Of a stretch of 40,090 nt of DNA, positions 9,447 to 19,135 are shown piece after piece. Both the position numbers and the translations under genes were made by a program. This DNA comes from Candidatus Micrarchaeota archaeon. Lineage in GTDB: Archaea > B1Sed10-29. The DNA lies in NCBI GenBank assembly GCA_964579265.1, contig CAZOFO010000006.1, forward strand, positions 1 through 40,090, written 5' to 3'. Position 1 is the first letter of the stretch. Each line of letters begins with the position of its first letter. A model generated the notes under the pieces. The model saw nothing but the letters and a program-made list of their open reading frames with translations, was not told the DNA's origin and did no database searches.

Positions 9447-9561
9447 GGAGAGAGGACACACCAAAAAATAAACCCGAAAAAACCTCCACACCCAATAAAC
9501 ACCCGACAAAAAACACAATAAAAAATAAAAAACTCAATCCCCCACCAACAGTCCTCTCTCC
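9447..9561. repeat. 11-bp perfect inverted repeat bracketing an A/C-rich spacer
   Basis: ggagagaggac (9447-9457) and gtcctctctcc (9551-9561). Confidence 0.55.
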
Positions 9562-9636
9562 CCCTCCCAAAAACTAGTTCTAAACAAATAAAGAAAATAA
9601 CCAAGTAATTTATATCTCAACCACCTTTTCCTAAAC

Positions 9637-10494
9637 ATGGAACATTTAATAGATACAAGAAACTTGGAAACGGAAAAGATAAACCAAATTTTAGAAAAAA
9701 CAGAAGAACTGAAAAAAAGAGATAAAAAAACACTAAAAGGAAAAGAAGCAGCAATGCTATTCTATAAATCCTCCACCAGAACCAGAATATCCTTTGAAAT
9801 AGCTATAAGAAAACTAGGAGGAAACTTAACCTTCTTATCAAAACAGCAATCGCAACTGGGAAGAGGAGAAACAGTAGAAGACACAATAAGAGTTCTAAGC
9901 AGATACAACGATCTAGCAATATTTAGAGTCCACGAACACAAAGACCTAGTGAAAATGAAAAAAGAATCAGATATACCTATTATAAATGCTCTAAGTGACC
10001 TTCTACACCCATGCCAAGCTCTTTCAGATCTATACACAATAAAAGAAAAGAAAGGAAAACCTTCAGAACAGAAAATAGTGTTCCTGGGAGACGGATCAAG
10101 TAATGTCTGCCACTCCCTGATAAATATAGCGGGAAAAACAGATATGAAGATGAATGTTTCCTGTCCAGAGAAACACGAACCAGAAATAGATGGAAAATAC
10201 AAAATCGAAAGAGATCCTGAAGAAGCAGTTGAGAACGCGGACGTTTTATACACCGATACCTGGATATCAATGGGAGAAAAAGATAAAAATATAGATTCCT
10301 TTAAACCCTACCAAGTAAACCAGGAACTACTGAATAAATCAAAAGAAGATTCAATAGTAATGCACTGCCTTCCAGCCCACAGAGAACAAGAATTAACAAG
10401 CAAAGTTATGGACGGAGATCAATCAGTTATCTTCGACCAGGCGGAAAACCGGCTGCACGTGCAGAAAGCTTTACTTAACATGATGAACATATAA
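9637..10494 (+). CDS. argF: Ornithine carbamoyltransferase
   Basis: SSTRTR, HPCQ, TDTWISMG, HCLPAHR, DQAENRLH. Confidence 0.95.
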   Translation: MEHLIDTRNLETEKINQILEKTEELKKRDKKTLKGKEAAMLFYKSSTRTRISFEIAIRKLGGNLTFLSKQQSQLGRGETVEDTIRVLSRYNDLAIFRVHEHKDLVKMKKESDIPIINALSDLLHPCQALSDLYTIKEKKGKPSEQKIVFLGDGSSNVCHSLINIAGKTDMKMNVSCPEKHEPEIDGKYKIERDPEEAVENADVLYTDTWISMGEKDKNIDSFKPYQVNQELLNKSKEDSIVMHCLPAHREQELTSKVMDGDQSVIFDQAENRLHVQKALLNMMNI

Positions 10495-10503
10495 GGTGAA
10501 AAG

Positions 10504-11016
10504 ATGGTTCCAAAACAATCTCGGACAATGAAGGAAAGAAAAGAGAAAGCAGAAGAACTGCTAGAGAATATCAAAAAGAGAAAAAAACTAGATTCTCCTA
10601 AAGAAATAAAAAAAGCAGCCGAGCTTCTAGCGGAAAAAACACCCCACATGGGTAAAAAAACAGCAGCAAGAAAGATAGACTCAGTATCCTCAGGAAGATT
10701 CACAGCATCAAGAATAGAAGATATTATAGAGGAAGAAGAAACTGTTAGCAGGAAACTTCTAAGTGAAAGACAATCAAACTTTAAAAAAGTAAAAGTACCT
10801 CAATCAGGAAAAGAAATCCAACTTAGCAAAAACCAGCTCGAACTATTGAAGAAAATAGAAAAGAGACATGACGGAGAAAGAAAAAGTAAAAGAAGACTAC
10901 AAAAAGAAATTAAAAAAGAATTTCCAGAAATAGGAGAAGCAGCCATCAAAAAAATGCTAGATAAACTCGAAAGAGCCGAACATCCGCTGATAAATGAAGG
11001 AAAAGTGAGAATATAG
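10504..11016 (+). CDS. Basic hypothetical protein, possible C-terminal winged helix
   Basis: GGTGA SD; LSKNQLELLKKI...AAIKKMLDKLE pattern. Confidence 0.6.
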   Translation: MVPKQSRTMKERKEKAEELLENIKKRKKLDSPKEIKKAAELLAEKTPHMGKKTAARKIDSVSSGRFTASRIEDIIEEEETVSRKLLSERQSNFKKVKVPQSGKEIQLSKNQLELLKKIEKRHDGERKSKRRLQKEIKKEFPEIGEAAIKKMLDKLERAEHPLINEGKVRI

Positions 11017-11040
11017 AAAAAAAGGAGAAAATACGAAAAT

Positions 11041-11481
11041 ATGAGCAACGAAAAAGAAAAAAAGATAGACGAACTGGAACTGTACACCGACGGAGCCAGC
11101 AGAGGAAACCCAGGACCAGCAGGAATAGGTATAGTAGCGGTCAAAGATAACAAAATCCTCTACGAAGAAAAAGAGTACCTTGGTAAACAAACGAACAACG
11201 AAGCAGAATACAAAGCCATAATCAAAGCACTAGTACTCGGGGAAAAATACAGATCTAAAAGACTTAAAATTACCTCGGACAGCGAGCTAGTGATAAAACA
11301 ACTAAAAGGAGAGTACCAGCTGGAAGCGTCGAACTTAAAGCCATACTACCGGAAGATAAAGAAAAAAGAAGAAAAATTTGAAGAGATTAGCTATCAGCAT
11401 AAAAGAAGAACAAATAAATACATAGAAAGAGCAGACGAACTGGCCAACAGAGCACTCAATATACATCAATCAAAAAAATAA
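11041..11481 (+). CDS. rnhA: Ribonuclease HI (archaeal-like)
   Basis: YTDGASRGNPGPAGIG, TNNEAEY, SDSELV, ADELAN. Confidence 0.95.
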   Translation: MSNEKEKKIDELELYTDGASRGNPGPAGIGIVAVKDNKILYEEKEYLGKQTNNEAEYKAIIKALVLGEKYRSKRLKITSDSELVIKQLKGEYQLEASNLKPYYRKIKKKEEKFEEISYQHKRRTNKYIERADELANRALNIHQSKK

Positions 11482-12342
11482 TCAAATTCTCTCTATCAAC
11501 GTACCTGAATCTCCTGATAAATCAAGCTCATCACCTATAATAGCCTTTCTATCACTCTCTTCATCATTAGAATCAACAAAATCCACTGCTGATTCTAACT
11601 TAGGTTTCATAGAACCTTCAGGAAGTTCAGGAAGAATCTCTCTAGCCTCTTCAACATTTAATTTATCTATAGGATCTTCATTTTCCTGATCATAGTTCCT
11701 GTAAATATGATCAATATCCGTGTAGAAGAATAATAAATCAGCATCCAGTTCTCTCCCGAGCAGAGAAGTAATTCTATCCTTATCTATAACAGCCTCTTCA
11801 CCGATTAATTCACCTTTATCGATAACAGGCACTCCACCACCACCACAGCAAACCACTGTGAAATCATTTTCCAATAAATTCTCAATAGATTCAATTTCAA
11901 CTATCCTCTCCGGTTCAGGAGAAACAACAACCTTCCTCCACCCTCCACTCTCCCTAACCATATTTTCTTCAATTTTATCCTCGTAATAAGGACCAACGGG
12001 CTTGGAAGGATCTTTATCTAAATCATCCGAATCCACCACTACTTGAGTAACTACACTAACCGAATTATCCAAATTCTTTTGAATCAAATAACCTATCTGA
12101 CCCTGAGTCATAGAGACACATACATCCAAAGGCATCCCAGGAACCTCTTCAGTTTCTTTCTGCTGTAAAAGAAGATTACCAACCTGAGGACCATTACCAT
12201 GTGTAAGAATAACTTCATGATTTCTTTGAATCTCTTTCAAATCGTTTAAAATATCTTTAAATCTTTTTTCCTGTTCTCCAAAAGAACCTTCATCCTCCGG
12301 TCTCAACAGTGCATTTCCACCAAGTGCAATGACTACTCTCAT
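11482..12342 (-). CDS. arcC: Carbamate kinase
   Basis: IALGGNAL, THGNGPQVG, KPVGP, GGGGVPV, EAVIDKD, GSMKPK. Confidence 0.95.
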   Translation of the reverse strand: MRVVIALGGNALLRPEDEGSFGEQEKRFKDILNDLKEIQRNHEVILTHGNGPQVGNLLLQQKETEEVPGMPLDVCVSMTQGQIGYLIQKNLDNSVSVVTQVVVDSDDLDKDPSKPVGPYYEDKIEENMVRESGGWRKVVVSPEPERIVEIESIENLLENDFTVVCCGGGGVPVIDKGELIGEEAVIDKDRITSLLGRELDADLLFFYTDIDHIYRNYDQENEDPIDKLNVEEAREILPELPEGSMKPKLESAVDFVDSNDEESDRKAIIGDELDLSGDSGTLIERI

Positions 12343-12479
12343 ACATAACTACCTCCAGTCAAAAACCTCACATTACTCATAAACACCTCGAACATATAAA
12401 AAACCTTATATTCCGCAAGAACTAAAAACAAACAGAAAGAAAAACAAAAAATAGGTAAAATAAAAAAGGTAGATAAAAA

Positions 12480-12935
12480 ATGGTTAACAGAGAACCCGCA
12501 AAGATAAAAAGCGTACAAGACCTATTCAAAGGAGAATATAAAGAAAGCACAGGAATAGAAACACCGCACAGAATAGAAACCGAAGAAGACAGCTACTCAA
12601 GAGTAAACGTGGTAGCTACCGTGGAAGACACTTATGAAAACCCTGAAAAAACATATGGATCAATACAGATAACTGATTCAACAACAACAGTAAGAGTAAA
12701 AGCATTCGAAGAAACCACTAAACAACTGGAAAAAATAGAAAAAGGAGACCTAGTAAAAGTAATTGGAAAAATAAGAAAAGACGAAGAAGGAAGATACTTA
12801 AACGGAGAAATAATAAAAAAGATAGAAAACCCAGAATACGCTAAACTAAGGGAACTCGAACTAGAGAAAAAAGAGAATGAAGAAAAAACGGAAAAATCCG
12901 AAGGACTAGAAATAGAAGAAGAATCCATAGAATAA
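12480..12935 (+). CDS. OB-fold protein, RPA32-like subunit
   Basis: SRVNVVATV, ITDSTTTVRVKAF, GDLVKVIGK; acidic tail. Confidence 0.75.
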   Translation: MVNREPAKIKSVQDLFKGEYKESTGIETPHRIETEEDSYSRVNVVATVEDTYENPEKTYGSIQITDSTTTVRVKAFEETTKQLEKIEKGDLVKVIGKIRKDEEGRYLNGEIIKKIENPEYAKLRELELEKKENEEKTEKSEGLEIEEESIE

Positions 12936-12953
12936 AAACAAAAAGTGATCAAA

Positions 12954-13361
12954 ATGAATGAATACGAAGACTTACTAGAGAAATACCACGAAAACAAGCC
13001 AGAAGAAACAGAGAAACACGAAAGACTGGACATACCGGAACCAAGAACCAATATACAAGGAGGAAAAACATACATAAATAACTTCAAAAAAATAACCAAA
13101 ACACTCAGAAGAGATCCAAAACACCTTCTAAAATTCATATCAAAAGAACTGGCAACAGCAGGAAACCTGGAAGGAAAACAGGCAAGTCTAAAAGGAAAAT
13201 TCAAAAAGAGACAAATAAAGAAAAAAATAAGCCTGTACGTGAAGAAATTCGTGATATGCGAAGAATGCGGAAAAGCAGATACAAAACTAGAGAAATTCAA
13301 AGGAGAAAGCTACAAAAGATGTGAAGCATGCGGAGCAAGATCACCGGTAAAATCAATCTAA
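12954..13361 (+). CDS. eif2b: Translation initiation factor aIF-2 beta
   Basis: RDPKHLLKFISKELATAG; zinc ribbon CEECGKADT...CEACGA. Confidence 0.95.
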   Translation: MNEYEDLLEKYHENKPEETEKHERLDIPEPRTNIQGGKTYINNFKKITKTLRRDPKHLLKFISKELATAGNLEGKQASLKGKFKKRQIKKKISLYVKKFVICEECGKADTKLEKFKGESYKRCEACGARSPVKSI

Positions 13362-13388
13362 AAAAGAATAAAGAGCATAAGTGATTCA

Positions 13389-13685
13389 ATGCACTGGATA
13401 AAAGAAACAGAAGAAACACTAGCTGCATGCGATGAAAAACTGCTTGGGAAAAAACTAAAAGAAAAAAAAGAAAAATCAATAGAGATAAAAGAAAAATACT
13501 ACGGAGAAAGAAAAATAGAAACAAAAGAACTAAGAAAACTAATAAAAAAACACAGAAACATCAATCTAATAGGAGAAAAAACCATAGAAGCAGCAAAAAA
13601 AGAAATAAAAAACCTACACGTTAAAAAAGTACAAGGAGTACCGCACTCCATGATATTCACAATAGAAAAAAAAGAACCAAAATAG
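13389..13685 (+). CDS. DUF424 family protein
   Basis: LAACDEKLLGK, YYG, INLIGEKTI, VQGVPH; typical position beside aIF-2beta. Confidence 0.85.
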   Translation: MHWIKETEETLAACDEKLLGKKLKEKKEKSIEIKEKYYGERKIETKELRKLIKKHRNINLIGEKTIEAAKKEIKNLHVKKVQGVPHSMIFTIEKKEPK

Positions 13686-13694
13686 GTATAAAAC

Positions 13695-13994
13695 ATGAGT
13701 AAAAATGACGAAGAGAAAAAAACAAGAATAAGAACCCCGAGAGACAACCAAGTAATAGGAAAAGTACTCCAAATGCACGGAGGAAAAAGAATGACAGTAG
13801 AATGCTCGGACGGAAACAGAAGAATGTGCAGAGTACCAGGAAGAAAAAGCAGGATATGGGTAAAAAGAGACGACTACGTACTAGTAGAACCATGGGACAT
13901 ACAAAGCGATGAAAAAGGAGACATAGTCTGGAAATACAGAAAAAGCGCAGTAAAACAACTGAGAAAAAAAGGATACCTAGATGACCTAGAATAG
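13695..13994 (+). CDS. eif1a: Translation initiation factor aIF-1A
   Basis: CSDGNRRMCRVPGR, IWVKRDDYVLVEPW, KGDIVWKY. Confidence 0.95.
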   Translation: MSKNDEEKKTRIRTPRDNQVIGKVLQMHGGKRMTVECSDGNRRMCRVPGRKSRIWVKRDDYVLVEPWDIQSDEKGDIVWKYRKSAVKQLRKKGYLDDLE

Positions 13995-13998
13995 AAAA

Positions 13999-14754
13999 TC
14001 AAAGAACAACTACCTTAAAAGAATGCTCCAAGAAAGCACTAACTAAAAGAAAAAACATTATCAAAAGAAACTTAGACAAATACTTATCAGTCAAAGTTAT
14101 ACTTTCAAACTCTAAATCCTTCTTACTAATTTTTATACCTAAATTAACAGCCACCGCGCAAGCATAAATCGCTAGAAAACCTTCAAATATCAATATAGGA
14201 AAAATAAGAAAAGAAAAAAACCCTAAATTGAAAAAGTAAACACCTGTTCTTAGAAAAGGAAAAATCAAGAACAACAGAGGAGCAAGAACTAAAAGAGAAA
14301 CAGCGTCTTTGGAACGCGGAGAAAAGCTCTTCAAACCACGGAAATAATCCGCGACCTTCCAGTCAAAACGAAGATCCTTAAATCTAGAACCGTAATCAGA
14401 AGAGATCTTTAGATAAAACTTAGAGACAGCATAACCGGTGAAAAGGGTTAATACCACCATGAAAAGATTTACAAAGAAAACACGAAGCCAAAAAGGCACT
14501 TCAAAACCAAAAAAATACTCCAAGAACCCTAAAAATGCAGGAGCAGCAGCAAAAGAAGTAGCAGGAGGAACAGTCCTGAAAAAATTGATTAGAAAACCGA
14601 AAAGAATACCAATAAATACGCTTCCGATAGCGAAATAAAATACCTTTTTCAAAATATCTACATCAATTCCCTCAAGCCACTGCAAGGACATAAAAGAAAC
14701 CGAAGTTAGAATTAAAGAAAAGAACATGAACAAGACGAAATAAAGTAACTGCAC
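13999..14754 (-). CDS. Polytopic membrane protein (weakly SpoIIM-like)
   Basis: Several hydrophobic segments; C-terminal LLVSAFLE; AGGTGG SD before GTG. Confidence 0.6.
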   Translation of the reverse strand: MQLLYFVLFMFFSLILTSVSFMSLQWLEGIDVDILKKVFYFAIGSVFIGILFGFLINFFRTVPPATSFAAAPAFLGFLEYFFGFEVPFWLRVFFVNLFMVVLTLFTGYAVSKFYLKISSDYGSRFKDLRFDWKVADYFRGLKSFSPRSKDAVSLLVLAPLLFLIFPFLRTGVYFFNLGFFSFLIFPILIFEGFLAIYACAVAVNLGIKISKKDLEFESITLTDKYLSKFLLIMFFLLVSAFLEHSFKVVVL

Positions 14755-14797
14755 TAAACCACCTAAAAAGAATTAAAGAGTTATCCTTTAAAAAAGA

Positions 14798-15145
14798 TTA
14801 ACAAGTCAAGTGAAGAGCAGCTGCTACATCCTCGTCCTCTTCAACCAATTTATTAAATCTTTTACAAGCCCTCTCAGTTTTTTTATCCTCAACCTTAACC
14901 CCTTTATCCTCAAGTGCTCTTCTGGTCTCCGGGAGCAATCTAAGTCTTCCTTGAGCTCCTCTTCCAATAATTAGGATATCAGGAGGATTCTCTAAAATAT
15001 CCTCAATATCTTCCTTATAAAGAGAATGTCCCTCTTTTCTTCTCCAACTGGATTCTACATTATCATGATAAATAATCAAGTCTTCAGAGTATTTATCCCC
15101 GTCCACTTCAATTTCTCCAAAACTATAATCATCAATCTTAACCAT
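14798..15145 (-). CDS. Mth938-like (DUF498/DUF598) protein
   Basis: YSFGEIEVDG, LIIGRG, ACKRFN, C-terminal ALHLTC. Confidence 0.9.
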   Translation of the reverse strand: MVKIDDYSFGEIEVDGDKYSEDLIIYHDNVESSWRRKEGHSLYKEDIEDILENPPDILIIGRGAQGRLRLLPETRRALEDKGVKVEDKKTERACKRFNKLVEEDEDVAAALHLTC

Positions 15146-15235
15146 ACTTATCTTAAGGAAGCTCCAACTAAATAAACCTTACCTTCAAGACTACTCTATG
15201 GAAAAACAAAGCTAATTTAAAGTTAGAAAACAAGA

Positions 15236-15320
<85 letters not shown>

Positions 15321-15444
15321 AAAGAGTGCAATAAAGAAACAAATACTTCAATAATTTGTCAATACATATTCCTTTATCTTAACTTTATTAAACTTCTCTT
15401 CCTTAATAATAAACAACATTCAAAAAACAAAAGGTGTGGAAGAA

Positions 15445-16614
15445 ATGGATCTAAGAAAAATAAAAAATGGAAAAACAGAGAGAGACCAGAAAATCATAAT
15501 AATTGTTTCAATAGCTCTATTCCTATTCTTAGGAATATCCTTAGGATTCAATCTAGCATTCGTAACCCAGGGCCCAGGGGAAACAATCAGAGAAGAGAGA
15601 ATAGAAACAACACCTCTCTTTGGACCAATAGAAGGTGAAATAAAATCAGAGGAGATCACAAGACTATACGAAGAAATATCACCCTCAGTAGTACTAATAG
15701 AAACAGGAGAAGAGACAGGTAGACAAGGTTCAGGATTCATATATAAAGCTGAAGGATACATACTAACAAATCAACATGTTGTAGAAGGAGAAGAAGAAGT
15801 AAGAGTTACATTCCAGGACGGAAGCGTAGAAGTAGCAGAAGTCATAGGAGAAGATGTCTATTCGGACGTCGCAGTAATCAAAATAGAAGATACAGATAAA
15901 GAGCTAAAACCTATACCAAAAGGATCAATAGAAAACATAAAACCAGGAGAAAGAGTAGTAGCGCTGGGAAACCCATTCGGATTAGAGGGAACGATAACAA
16001 AAGGAATAGTGAGTCAGAAAGAACGACTACTAACCACAGAAGCCGGTTTCTCAATACCAAACGTAATACAGACAGATGCAGCTATAAATCCAGGTAATTC
16101 AGGAGGACCTCTCTTAAACCTAAGAGGAGAAGTAATAGGTATAAACACAGCAATAAGAACAGAAACAGGAGCATTCGTAGGCATAGGATTTTCAATATCG
16201 ATAAATACTGCAGAAAGAGTAGCAGAAGAATTAATAGAAGAAGGAGAATACAAACATTCCTGGATAGGAATAAGAGGAACAACAATGAACCCACAGATAG
16301 CTGAAAAAATGGACTCAGATCAAAAAACAGGAGTACTAATAAGTGAGGTAGTGAGAGACGGTCCAGCACACGAAGCAGGTTTAAGAGAAGGAACAAGAAC
16401 AGAAAAAATATGGGGAGAAGAAGTAAAAGTAGGAGGAGACATAATAAAAGAAATAGATGGAGAAAGAATAAGAAGCATGGACGAATTAATCTCCTATATA
16501 GCACAGTACACAGAACCAGGTCAAAAAATAACCCTAACCATAGAAAGAGAAGGAGAAGAAACACAAATAGAAATGGAGCTAGGGGAAAGACCAGAACCAC
16601 AACAGATAAATTAA
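15445..16614 (+). CDS. htrA: HtrA/DegP family membrane-anchored serine protease with PDZ domain
   Basis: TM anchor, TNQHV, SDVAVIK, QTDAAINPGNSGGPL, PDZ-like C-terminus. Confidence 0.93.
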   Translation: MDLRKIKNGKTERDQKIIIIVSIALFLFLGISLGFNLAFVTQGPGETIREERIETTPLFGPIEGEIKSEEITRLYEEISPSVVLIETGEETGRQGSGFIYKAEGYILTNQHVVEGEEEVRVTFQDGSVEVAEVIGEDVYSDVAVIKIEDTDKELKPIPKGSIENIKPGERVVALGNPFGLEGTITKGIVSQKERLLTTEAGFSIPNVIQTDAAINPGNSGGPLLNLRGEVIGINTAIRTETGAFVGIGFSISINTAERVAEELIEEGEYKHSWIGIRGTTMNPQIAEKMDSDQKTGVLISEVVRDGPAHEAGLREGTRTEKIWGEEVKVGGDIIKEIDGERIRSMDELISYIAQYTEPGQKITLTIEREGEETQIEMELGERPEPQQIN

Positions 16615-16647
16615 AAAACCCTAGAAAAAATAAAATAAGGATTAAAA

Positions 16648-18414
16648 ATGGAGAAAAACGGGAAAGAAATTGAAATAAACACAAGAGAGCAAAAAAACTC
16701 AGATGAAATAGAAAAACAAAGAGAAGAAAAACCAGAAACAACTGAAAAATACGAATACAAAAAAACACAGCAATACGAAATACCTAAAATCCTTAGAAAA
16801 ACCAGAAGATTCTTCAAAATAATAAAAGAACTAACACCACTAGCAGTAACAATCCTAAGAGACAGAAAAAAATACATACTATTCGGAGAACCAAGAGAAC
16901 TAACCGAAAAAGAAAAACAAGAAAGAGCAGAAACATTTACAGACAAACTAATAGAACTAGGTCCAACATTCATAAAACTAGGACAATTACTCTCCACAAG
17001 ACCAGATCTGCTTTCAAAGTACTATGTAAAAGAATTAACAAGACTACAAGATAGAGTACCACCAGCACCCTACGAAGAAGCTGAAAAGATAATAAAAAAA
17101 GAACTAGGACCAATAGAAGAACAATTCGATGAATTCAATGAACATTCAGTAAAAGGAGCAAGCCTAGGCCAAGTATACAGAGCCAAATTAAACGGAGAAG
17201 AAGTAGCAGTAAAAATAAACAGACCAAACGTAAACGAACTCATAGAAGCAGATATAGAGATAATGAAAAGCTTCATGCCACTAGTGAAAAAAATAGTAGG
17301 ATCTGCAAGAGCCTATTCAATGGGCAACATAATCGATGAATTCGAAAAAGTCCTAAAACAAGAGATGAATTACAAAAGAGAAGCAGGATACATGGAAGAA
17401 ATCCGAGAAAACTTCAAAAACAAAAGAAAAATAAAAATACCGGAAGTAAAATGGAGCCACACAACCAAAAACATACTTACAATGGATCACATACCAGGAA
17501 CAAAGATAAAAAACGTAGAAAAGATCGAAGAAATGAATATAGATAAAAAAGAAATCGCCAACACAATAATAAACGCCTACCTAAAAATGGTTATAAGAGA
17601 CGGAATATTCCACGCAGACCCGCACCCAGGAAACATCGCAGTAACTAAAGACGGATCAATAGTCCTATACGACTTCGGAATGTCAGGAGAAATAACACCC
17701 GTAACAAAACAAAAGATAACAAGACTATACCTCGCACTAGCGAGAAAAGATACCAGAGGGATAATAAGATCACTAATCTCACTAGGAACATTGAAACCAG
17801 GAGTAAGAATCGATGTACTGGAAAAAATAGCTCAAAAAGAAATAAAACAACTAACAGAAAAAAGAGAAGAATGGAGAGCAGAAGAAATACTGCAATCAGC
17901 ACAACAAGTAATGTACAAATACCCATTTAGAATACCCGAACACCTGGCACTGCTAATAAGAATGGCTATAATAATAGAAGGAGAATGCAAAAAACTCGAT
18001 CCAGAGTTCAACTTCATAAAAGCCACGAAAAAATACATAAGAAGAAAAGGAATAGAAAAAGAACAAGTAGAGAGAAAAATAAAAGAAAACATAGTGGACC
18101 TGGAAAAAAGCCTGGACGTAGCTACAAAAACACCTCAAAAACTCGACAACCTAATAGATCAAATAAGAAGAAATGAACTAGAAATAAACGCACAAATAGA
18201 AGACCCGGAAAAAGTAATAAAAAACACAGGAACCAGAATAATTCTCGGAATGCTAGCAAGCGCATCCTTGTTATTTACAGCATTAACAATGAACCAAGAA
18301 CCTCAAATAACAGCAATAGGATCAACATTAACAGCAATATTCCTAATAGGACTACTAATAGCATCAAAGGAAGAAAAAAGAGAGATATGGGAACCTAAAA
18401 AACCAGTAAAATAA
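16648..18414 (+). CDS. ABC1/UbiB (AarF) family atypical kinase
   Basis: LGPTFIKLGQLLSTRPD, ASLGQVYRA, VAVK, FHADPHPGN, YDFGM; C-terminal TM segments. Confidence 0.93.
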   Translation: MEKNGKEIEINTREQKNSDEIEKQREEKPETTEKYEYKKTQQYEIPKILRKTRRFFKIIKELTPLAVTILRDRKKYILFGEPRELTEKEKQERAETFTDKLIELGPTFIKLGQLLSTRPDLLSKYYVKELTRLQDRVPPAPYEEAEKIIKKELGPIEEQFDEFNEHSVKGASLGQVYRAKLNGEEVAVKINRPNVNELIEADIEIMKSFMPLVKKIVGSARAYSMGNIIDEFEKVLKQEMNYKREAGYMEEIRENFKNKRKIKIPEVKWSHTTKNILTMDHIPGTKIKNVEKIEEMNIDKKEIANTIINAYLKMVIRDGIFHADPHPGNIAVTKDGSIVLYDFGMSGEITPVTKQKITRLYLALARKDTRGIIRSLISLGTLKPGVRIDVLEKIAQKEIKQLTEKREEWRAEEILQSAQQVMYKYPFRIPEHLALLIRMAIIIEGECKKLDPEFNFIKATKKYIRRKGIEKEQVERKIKENIVDLEKSLDVATKTPQKLDNLIDQIRRNELEINAQIEDPEKVIKNTGTRIILGMLASASLLFTALTMNQEPQITAIGSTLTAIFLIGLLIASKEEKREIWEPKKPVK

Positions 18415-18457
18415 ACAATAAACTACTTCTAAAAAACAGATAAAACAGTATTTTTAT

Positions 18458-18477
18458 ATGTTAGCATGTGTTAACAT
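18458..18477. promoter_or_regulatory. Putative TetR operator 1 (7-6-7 palindrome) abutting a TATA box
   Basis: ATGTTAG-catgtg-TTAACAT directly after TTTTTATA and 6 nt before the tetR ATG. Confidence 0.75.
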
Positions 18478-18483
18478 AATACA

Positions 18484-19071
18484 ATGTCTAAACGAAAAAC
18501 CAGTGAAAAGAGAAAGGAAGAAGTATTCGAAGCAACGCTCGAAATAATATATGAGGAAGGAAAGAAGAACCTAACCATACGGAGAATAGCTGAAAAAATA
18601 GGTATATCTGAATCCGCCATATACAGGCACTTCAAAAATAAAAAAGATATATTAAGACAACTAGTAGAAAAAGTACTGGAACAAGGAAAAGAAGACTTCA
18701 AAGAAGAAAGATTTGAAGGACTAAAAGAACACCTGGAGTTCGCAATAAAATCAAACTTCTCAATGCTAGAAGAAAACCCGCACCTAGCAGCTTTCCTATT
18801 TCACGAAGACCTATTCGCAGAGCACCCTGAACTAATGGAAAAATTCCAAGAATACAGAGAAGAAAAAATGGAGAGAATAAAAGATTTAGTTAAGAAAGCA
18901 CAGGAAAGAGGAGAAGTATCAGAAGAAGTAGATCCAAAGACCTTTTCAGAAATATTCATAGGATCCATCTACATCTCAATAATTGAATGGAGAAGGAAAG
19001 AATTCTCATACTCACTAGAAGAAAAAGCGGAAGAAATAATAAATGAATTATCTAAAATATTGGAGAAATAA
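18484..19071 (+). CDS. TetR/AcrR family regulator
   Basis: LTIRRIAEKIGISESAIYRHFKNKKDIL helix-turn-helix. Confidence 0.95.
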   Translation: MSKRKTSEKRKEEVFEATLEIIYEEGKKNLTIRRIAEKIGISESAIYRHFKNKKDILRQLVEKVLEQGKEDFKEERFEGLKEHLEFAIKSNFSMLEENPHLAAFLFHEDLFAEHPELMEKFQEYREEKMERIKDLVKKAQERGEVSEEVDPKTFSEIFIGSIYISIIEWRRKEFSYSLEEKAEEIINELSKILEK

Positions 19072-19092
19072 AGTATTCCATTAACCTTTTAT

Positions 19093-19112
19093 AAGTTAAT
19101 GCATGTTAACAT
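19093..19112. promoter_or_regulatory. Putative TetR operator 2
   Basis: AAGTTAA-tgcatg-TTAACAT overlapping the 3' edge of TTTTATAA, upstream of the exporter operon. Confidence 0.75.
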
Positions 19113-19135
19113 ATTAGTCAAAAACCAAAAATAAA

